Shown here: piece by piece, positions 58,169 through 64,000 of the stretch
Numbering within the stretch: the stretch's first letter is position 1
Layout: the number at the start of each line of letters is the position of its first letter
Source: Planctomycetota bacterium
GTDB taxonomy: Bacteria > Planctomycetota > PLA2 > JAEUHO01
Direction of reading: 5' to 3'
NCBI GenBank assembly: GCA_965222115.1
Contig: CBDCTJ010000007.1
Location: 640,001 to 704,000 of the forward strand
DNA: 64,000 bases
Program-made: the position numbers and the translations under genes
Notes under the pieces: generated by a model
The model's input: only the letters and a program-made list of their open reading frames with translations
Databases searched by the model: none
What the model was told of the DNA's origin: nothing

Positions 58169-61100
58169 ATGCGACACGCCATCGTTCTGTTCTTGTTCGC
58201 TTTGGGCCTGTCCTTGCCGTGTTGCTCTGGGGGGGGAGGTGGGAATAGCCACGCATCGTTACTCTCCAACAGCACCGGTCATGACGACGACAATGACACG
58301 ATGGGCGCTGATCTCGAAACCGGGGGATGGGAAATTCTGATTGACGACAAGGGGTTTGGACCCTTTGGCACGGGTCAAACACTCACGCGGCGCTTTGTGA
58401 CAAGCGATCCACTGATTGCCGACACCGACGGGGATGGCCTTGACGACGCACAGGAGTTTTTGCTTCGTACCGATCCACGAAGTCCCGACACCGATGGCGA
58501 CGGCCTATCGGATCGCGATGAATGGCTTCGTTGGCTTACGTCTCCGGTAAGTGTTGACACCGATGGGGACGCGCGTGGCCCCGATCCCGACAGTCCTTTG
58601 GCGCCCAATCCAGATCTGTTTGACGGCGCCGAGCTTCAATTCGATGCAGACGGAAAGCTACTTGGAACTAGCACATCACCTACGTTGGCCGATACCGATG
58701 GTGACGGCAAGACGGATTATGAAGAAGTGGGGCACGCGTTCCGCAGTCTCGTCGTCGCAGAGATTCCTGAGGCGCAGATCCTTCTAGACGGGCCCATTGA
58801 TGTATTCCTCAATGTTGAATACGCGGAGTCACTGGGAACGGAGTCGACCTACGGCACGTCGGTGAGCACATCCCGTTCGTCCTCGATTGGGGCCAGCTCA
58901 TCGAGTACCGAAGAGTCACACATCAACACCAGTGTTGAAGTCACTGTCGGCACCGAAGTCGGCGCAAGTGCAGTTGGACCAGAGGCATCCGTATCGGGGG
59001 AAGTGTCGGCCGGTGTTGAAGTGGGGCAGATGTGGAGTTCGACCAACACCACCACAACCGAATCTTCACAAAGCATGCAGAACGAGTCTTCTAGGCTGGA
59101 AACAGATCGCCGCGAGAAATCCGAGATTTCGTCGAATGGCACGATCACCGCAGGCATCACCATCGAGAACACGAGCCCATCCACCACGGTACGTGTGGAG
59201 AGTCTCGGCATCTCCGTGCGCCATTGGCAGCAAGACGGTTTGGGTAATAAGACGTTTAAGACATTGGGCACACTTCGCCCCGACACCGTGGGTTTCACGT
59301 TGGCGCCTGGGGCGCGCTCGCCTGTGATTCAAGTACACACCGACGAAGTGTCTGTCGATGTTATGCGTCGCTTTATGGCGTCACCCGACAGCTTGCACTT
59401 GGCTCCCGCCTACTTCGACATGGTCGATGAGCAGGGCATTGACTTTAACTTCTTGGCAGAGAACGCATTTGCCCAGACCGCAACCCTCGAGATTGACTTT
59501 GGTGGTGGAGAGGTCGAGCGCCACCGAATTGCGACTAACGTGAATCGCACCGAGGACGGTGAGCTTGCCGGCATATCCCTCGGCGAAGTGCTGACCTCTG
59601 TTCTTGGCAAGTCCTGGACACAGGAGACGAGCACGAGCGACATCTGCGGTGAGCGGCCGCTGGTTCTTACAGAGATTGACGGCCGGATAGGGCTTGCGGG
59701 CTACCAGTTTGGCGTAACGCCTGATGTATATCGCGTGTGGCGAACGTCCATGAACCGAGCAGGATTTCGTCAGTGTGGCGACTGGTCAGATCTAGTGCTC
59801 ATGCCCGGAGACCACATGACACTGAGCTACGTCGAAGATTCCGATGGCGATGGACTGACCGATGGCGCAGAGCGCTATTTTGGTACGCAGGGCGTGATCG
59901 ACAGCGATGGCGATACGCTCGGGGATGGATTTGAAGTTGCGTATGGTTGGTGGGCCGGGGCGCCCGGTATTCAAGCGTCGGTTGCTATTGGCGACATTCC
60001 GACCGATCGCATCGTGCTTTCCTCCTTGGGGTATCCCAAGCGTGTGTTCTCCAATCCTCGTATCGCCGATACAGACGGCGATGGTCTTGACGATGCTGAG
60101 GAGCGATTCAAAGGCAGTGATCCAACTGTGCCCGACACGGATGGTGACGGGCAACTTGATGGCGTCGATCCGTTTCCCTTGATTGCTGGGAAGCGGCTTT
60201 ACGTGGACATCGACGTGGTGCCGACGGCAGATGGACCTTGGGCGAATGCAACGACGCGCATTCAGGATGCGACGGCGGCGGCGCGCGCATCAATCCTAGA
60301 CTTTGAAAGCGTGGTAGCCCCTGGCGCTGATCCCTTGATCGAACGAGTGGATGCGCTGCGCGATCCGAATGATGGCACGCTCTCTGCGTCGATTCGCGAT
60401 GCAGCAGCCCTGCTCGTCACGGAGATATGGGTTGCCGATGGTGAATACATCCTGCAAGATGCGACTGCATACTTCGAACTCGTCGAAGGCGTAGGCATGT
60501 ATGGCGGGTTTACCGGAGCGGGGCCCGGCGGTCTCGATGAACGAACACGTGGCGCTAGAAATCAGAATCCCCATGTCAACGGCACAGTACTCAACGGAAA
60601 CGGCATCGCCAATCGTGTGGTGTTGACAGGAGCCGTCGGTCGGACCGCGGTACTCGATGGTTTCGTGATCACCGGTGGCGTGAACACAGCCCCAGGGGCG
60701 CGTGGCGCAGGAATCTTCTGCGAAGGCTCGCCCACTCTACGCAATCTACTGATTACACAAAATACAGCGAATGGCGGGGCCGGTATGGCCGTCGTGAATG
60801 GAGCGCCACTGCTTGAGTCATGTCAGTTTGTGCAGAACGAATCCACGGGCGCGCTGGGCGGAGGACTGACGCTTCAAAACGGCGGCAGGACACAATCAGA
60901 GCCTCAACCCATTCTTCGAGCGTGTACGTTTTCCGCCAATCTCGGCTTCGGTGGAGGTGGAGGCGTAGCTGCGTGGGACACCGATGGCATGCTCATTGAA
61001 GAATGTGCGTTTCGAAGCAACAGTGGCGTCCCTGGCATTAACCATCAAATCGTTGGCGGCGGGTTGCATCTGCTCCGTTCAAAGGTGATTGTTCGAAACA

Positions 61101-61942
61101 CGGAGTTTATCGAGAACAGCACTGATCCGTTTGGGAATGACGAATACACGTTGGCGCCACCGGGCACGACAAGTTACTTCACGCATTGGGTGCTTGAAGA
61201 TAGCGGCACACTCAATCATCGATGTGGCGGGGCGATCTACCAAGGTGGCGGAGAACTCGTCGTCGAACAGTGTACGTTCGCTCGAAACGCCGCGTCGCTC
61301 GGAGCAGGCATTCGATCCGATGAAGCCTTCAATGGCGTGGGCGTTCTCGGCACGCCTGCGAAACTGGCGGTCACGCAGTGCACGTTTGCCGGGAACCTCG
61401 TGATTACGCAGGGCACATCGATTGCAACGTCGCATTCCCATTTGATCCTGCGCAATACCATCTGCGGACATGGGATTCGACCCAGTCTATTCAAGTTCTC
61501 GCACCTACTCACGCAGGCGGACTTGGACCTGATCGAATCGCACTACCGTGAATTCGATCCGCTCACAGGCAACTATGCGTTGATCTCGGTCGCGGCCGTC
61601 AACTCGGTGCATGATCTCACCCTCGAGAATCACAACTGTCTGTTCGAGGATCTGCCCGAGACCGGATATACCGGCGTAGGCGGCAGTCCGGGGTTCGACG
61701 CATTCATCACCCATCAGCTTGGCAATCGTGTCGGTGATGCCGAGTTTGTAAGCGCCTATGACCTGAGGCTCAAGAGCACGTCACTCGCCATTGATGCGGG
61801 CAACCATCTGTTTGACTACGATCCGTTCACGCCCGGATTCCAAATGCCGCCCGCGATCGATTTCGACGGCACGGCTCGTATCCATGATGGCGACGGCGAT
61901 GGTGAGCCCGAGATTGACATCGGCGCGCATGAATGGAAGTAG
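58169..61942 (+). CDS. Large lipoprotein: DTDGDG Ca-binding repeats + binary-toxin-B/protective-antigen-like module + beta-helix
   Basis: GGAGG RBS; signal ending LPCC followed by Gly-rich linker; many DTDGDGL.D..E repeats; Ser/Thr-rich amphipathic stretch; TATLEID...VERHRIA...ISLGEVL; C.F..N...GG repeats; terminal DFDG..R...DIGAHE. Confidence 0.8.
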   Translation: MRHAIVLFLFALGLSLPCCSGGGGGNSHASLLSNSTGHDDDNDTMGADLETGGWEILIDDKGFGPFGTGQTLTRRFVTSDPLIADTDGDGLDDAQEFLLRTDPRSPDTDGDGLSDRDEWLRWLTSPVSVDTDGDARGPDPDSPLAPNPDLFDGAELQFDADGKLLGTSTSPTLADTDGDGKTDYEEVGHAFRSLVVAEIPEAQILLDGPIDVFLNVEYAESLGTESTYGTSVSTSRSSSIGASSSSTEESHINTSVEVTVGTEVGASAVGPEASVSGEVSAGVEVGQMWSSTNTTTTESSQSMQNESSRLETDRREKSEISSNGTITAGITIENTSPSTTVRVESLGISVRHWQQDGLGNKTFKTLGTLRPDTVGFTLAPGARSPVIQVHTDEVSVDVMRRFMASPDSLHLAPAYFDMVDEQGIDFNFLAENAFAQTATLEIDFGGGEVERHRIATNVNRTEDGELAGISLGEVLTSVLGKSWTQETSTSDICGERPLVLTEIDGRIGLAGYQFGVTPDVYRVWRTSMNRAGFRQCGDWSDLVLMPGDHMTLSYVEDSDGDGLTDGAERYFGTQGVIDSDGDTLGDGFEVAYGWWAGAPGIQASVAIGDIPTDRIVLSSLGYPKRVFSNPRIADTDGDGLDDAEERFKGSDPTVPDTDGDGQLDGVDPFPLIAGKRLYVDIDVVPTADGPWANATTRIQDATAAARASILDFESVVAPGADPLIERVDALRDPNDGTLSASIRDAAALLVTEIWVADGEYILQDATAYFELVEGVGMYGGFTGAGPGGLDERTRGARNQNPHVNGTVLNGNGIANRVVLTGAVGRTAVLDGFVITGGVNTAPGARGAGIFCEGSPTLRNLLITQNTANGGAGMAVVNGAPLLESCQFVQNESTGALGGGLTLQNGGRTQSEPQPILRACTFSANLGFGGGGGVAAWDTDGMLIEECAFRSNSGVPGINHQIVGGGLHLLRSKVIVRNTEFIENSTDPFGNDEYTLAPPGTTSYFTHWVLEDSGTLNHRCGGAIYQGGGELVVEQCTFARNAASLGAGIRSDEAFNGVGVLGTPAKLAVTQCTFAGNLVITQGTSIATSHSHLILRNTICGHGIRPSLFKFSHLLTQADLDLIESHYREFDPLTGNYALISVAAVNSVHDLTLENHNCLFEDLPETGYTGVGGSPGFDAFITHQLGNRVGDAEFVSAYDLRLKSTSLAIDAGNHLFDYDPFTPGFQMPPAIDFDGTARIHDGDGDGEPEIDIGAHEWK

Positions 61943-62102
61943 CGTATGGGCTGGCGTCCTTTTCGTTGCCGGCCATGATTTAGAGCGGACGGCATAGTGC
62001 GGGCCGAAGCTTGTCTTCTCAAAGACGTGCTGAGGGCGCGAAACATCGCCCTCAGCACGATTTCACCCGTCAATCAGCGATCGACTCGTATCCTACCCGT
62101 TC

Positions 62103-64000
62103 ATGCGGGAAGTCGTAATCATCCTAGGCGTTGTGCTCGCAACTGCGTTCGGTCTCCATGCAGGGCTTGCGTCAAAGGGGAAGGTGTTTGGCGCGCTACC
62201 AGATTCGCCGACGCCTCGATATAGCGATGACACCTACCCCTTTACGCCCGACCGACTCCGAGCGCGGCTCGAGCGTGTTCGACCGCATGTGGAAGCGGTG
62301 GTGGGTGCTTCCATCGATTTGCGTGACATTGGCGTTGATGTTCGAGATCCATACGCGGAGGCCGATCGGATACTTCGTTCGGGCCACTTTGATGTTGCAG
62401 ACACAACGCGCGAGGAGTTTGCATTCTTGCCATTCGCGTTGGCGCAGGTTCAAGTCCGTTCCGAATTTGGGTCGTCACTGGCGAACTACAACACCGAGTC
62501 AAAGTGCGTGACCGTGTTTCCGTTGGTCTTTGAAGCGTCGCGTCCGCCTGACGCAGGGGCTTTGTTGGATGTGGTTCTCGCGCATGAGCTAGCCCATGTG
62601 TGGCAAGATCAGACGTTTGGCGCGTTTCGAAACGAAGGGCTTGAAAGCCATGAAGAGGCCGAGCTGGCACGGGCTGCAGTGATTGAAGGAAGTGCCGAGT
62701 TTGTTGCGCGAGCCGCCGCGAAGCGGATGGGCATTGCTTCGACGTTCGAGGCGAATGCCGCGACACGCGATGTGACCCACAAGAGTCAAGCGTTTATGGG
62801 CACCGCTGCGCAACGCCAGCTTGCTCGTTGGCGACGTTGGGCGTATGGCGAAGGACTTCGATTCGTAGATGCCGTTCATGAGCGGCTGGGACCACGTGAT
62901 GCGTGGCAGCGGCTTTTTCGGGAAACGCCAACGTCCGTGTGGAGCATTGAGCATCCCGAGGCATGGATCGCGCGTGCGAGCGAGCCCGTTGCCACGCTCG
63001 ATACGTGGGCGCGTCGATTTTGTTGGCTGCAGCGCCCATTGCCTACGCCCTTTGACACGCACACACATCTGGGAAGCCGCGTGTTGCTGCGTGACGATCT
63101 CCACGATCGTCTTGGCCGAGCGAACCTCCAATCCGATAGTTCGCCATGGAGCAGTTGTCGAGGCGGTGTCTTCGTTGGTGCAAGTCCCAAACGAGGATCG
63201 CTTGCCCACCGAGAGTATTTGATGCGGGTGTGGCGATTTACTACGCCGGAATATGCAATAGCCGCAGCCGAATCGCTCGACGCTACGTTTCATCGTCTCG
63301 GTCCACGTGCGTGCCTCCTTCAAGACGATGTCGAGCCCATTGAGGCACCGCGCGTGCTTGCGGATGAGCGTGGGGCACGCGTCTATACTTCGCTCGCGTT
63401 CTTCGCCAGCGACATACACGCACGCGAAGTCACTTGGGGGTACCGCGTTCACGATTCGCACTTGGTTGAGATTGAGTGCTATCGCGAGGGCGCGGCCCCT
63501 GTGATGTTGGAGTTACTAGAGGCTGCGGTCGCGTCGTGGGTGGATGCCGACGCAATCGATCAAGCAATGTCGAATGTAGCCGAGGATGGTCCGTACCGCC
63601 GTCTCGCTGCGTTCCGGGCTGCGAACAGAGCGGATGGGGCGAGTTCGCTCACGGATAATCTGCCTGCGTGTCTGTATACAGACGCAATTGTTCATGAGTT
63701 GGGTCGCCGTGGAGGCGAGCCTGTGACTCTCGATTGGCTCAAGCGCCATCCAGATGAAGTGAGCGCGTGGATGTGCGCGCTTGGTCCAGCGGAACGTGAG
63801 AAGGGCTTTCAATACATAGAGCGGCCGTTGGTTCTTGACGCAGCGCTGTGCCATCCCGATGAGCACGTTGTGCGACATGCGCTCAGTAGGCTTGCCAATC
63901 GTCGAGTGCGGCCAACGCCGTTGTCACTCCCCACGGTCCGACGTGTTGCGGCGCTCTGTGCGCACAATGATCCCTGGATTCGGTGCGTTGCTGTGCGCGC
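62103..64000 (+). CDS. Exported HExxH zinc metallopeptidase with possible HEAT-like C-terminus; runs off the window (absent from the ORF track)
   Basis: Manual translation from ATG 62103 (MREVVIILGVVLATAFGLHAGLAS) stays open to 64000. Contains VLAHELAHVWQDQ...AVIEGSAEFV...Y.EG.RFV...P.S...IEHP. Confidence 0.85.
   Translation, partial: MREVVIILGVVLATAFGLHAGLASKGKVFGALPDSPTPRYSDDTYPFTPDRLRARLERVRPHVEAVVGASIDLRDIGVDVRDPYAEADRILRSGHFDVADTTREEFAFLPFALAQVQVRSEFGSSLANYNTESKCVTVFPLVFEASRPPDAGALLDVVLAHELAHVWQDQTFGAFRNEGLESHEEAELARAAVIEGSAEFVARAAAKRMGIASTFEANAATRDVTHKSQAFMGTAAQRQLARWRRWAYGEGLRFVDAVHERLGPRDAWQRLFRETPTSVWSIEHPEAWIARASEPVATLDTWARRFCWLQRPLPTPFDTHTHLGSRVLLRDDLHDRLGRANLQSDSSPWSSCRGGVFVGASPKRGSLAHREYLMRVWRFTTPEYAIAAAESLDATFHRLGPRACLLQDDVEPIEAPRVLADERGARVYTSLAFFASDIHAREVTWGYRVHDSHLVEIECYREGAAPVMLELLEAAVASWVDADAIDQAMSNVAEDGPYRRLAAFRAANRADGASSLTDNLPACLYTDAIVHELGRRGGEPVTLDWLKRHPDEVSAWMCALGPAEREKGFQYIERPLVLDAALCHPDEHVVRHALSRLANRRVRPTPLSLPTVRRVAALCAHNDPWIRCVAVR

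Noticed and set aside
62589-63461. 290-aa minus-strand ORF and similar shadow ORFs (e.g. 5755-6426, 32246-32878, 51121-51921)
   Set aside because: They lie antisense to genes with clear family motifs; long shadow ORFs are expected in GC-rich DNA.
47810-64000. Anthrax-like tripartite toxin (PA-like + adenylate cyclase + Zn protease)
   Set aside because: The CYTH protein is unrelated to oedema factor, has no signal peptide and lies ~10 kb away; the peptidase shows no lethal-factor-like features beyond HExxH.

Overview
GC-rich bacterial DNA. The gene style (ECF sigma factors fused to large extracytoplasmic domains, a TIGR02999-type ECF plus Ser/Thr kinase pair, a prenyltransferase/squalene-oxidase-repeat protein) suggests Planctomycetota; this is an inference. 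The left ~30 kb is a mosaic accessory region. It holds a broken tyrosine integrase, a 5'-truncated tRNA-Ser(TGA) att-like remnant, an orphan CdiI-type immunity gene, a BlaI/M56 pair, many small unrelated genes and several truncated paralog fragments. It is punctuated by six same-strand copies of an unannotated ~30-bp repeat (TGTGGATTTTGCCCGTACACCGTAT); four copies have their 3' end tandemly re-duplicated, and copies sit at junctions between unrelated gene modules. Other highlights: a BtaA/DUF3419 + heme-oxygenase-like diiron enzyme + GNAT operon; an ArsM-like gene and a SigZ-like ECF sharing one promoter motif; an IS3-family element abutting an apparently 5'-truncated KirBac-like channel with a GVGYG filter; a large lipoprotein with an anthrax-protective-antigen-like pore-forming module, divergent from a kinase/ECF pair; and an unlisted HExxH peptidase ORF running off the right end. 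All calls come from reading the sequence by eye; no searches were run.
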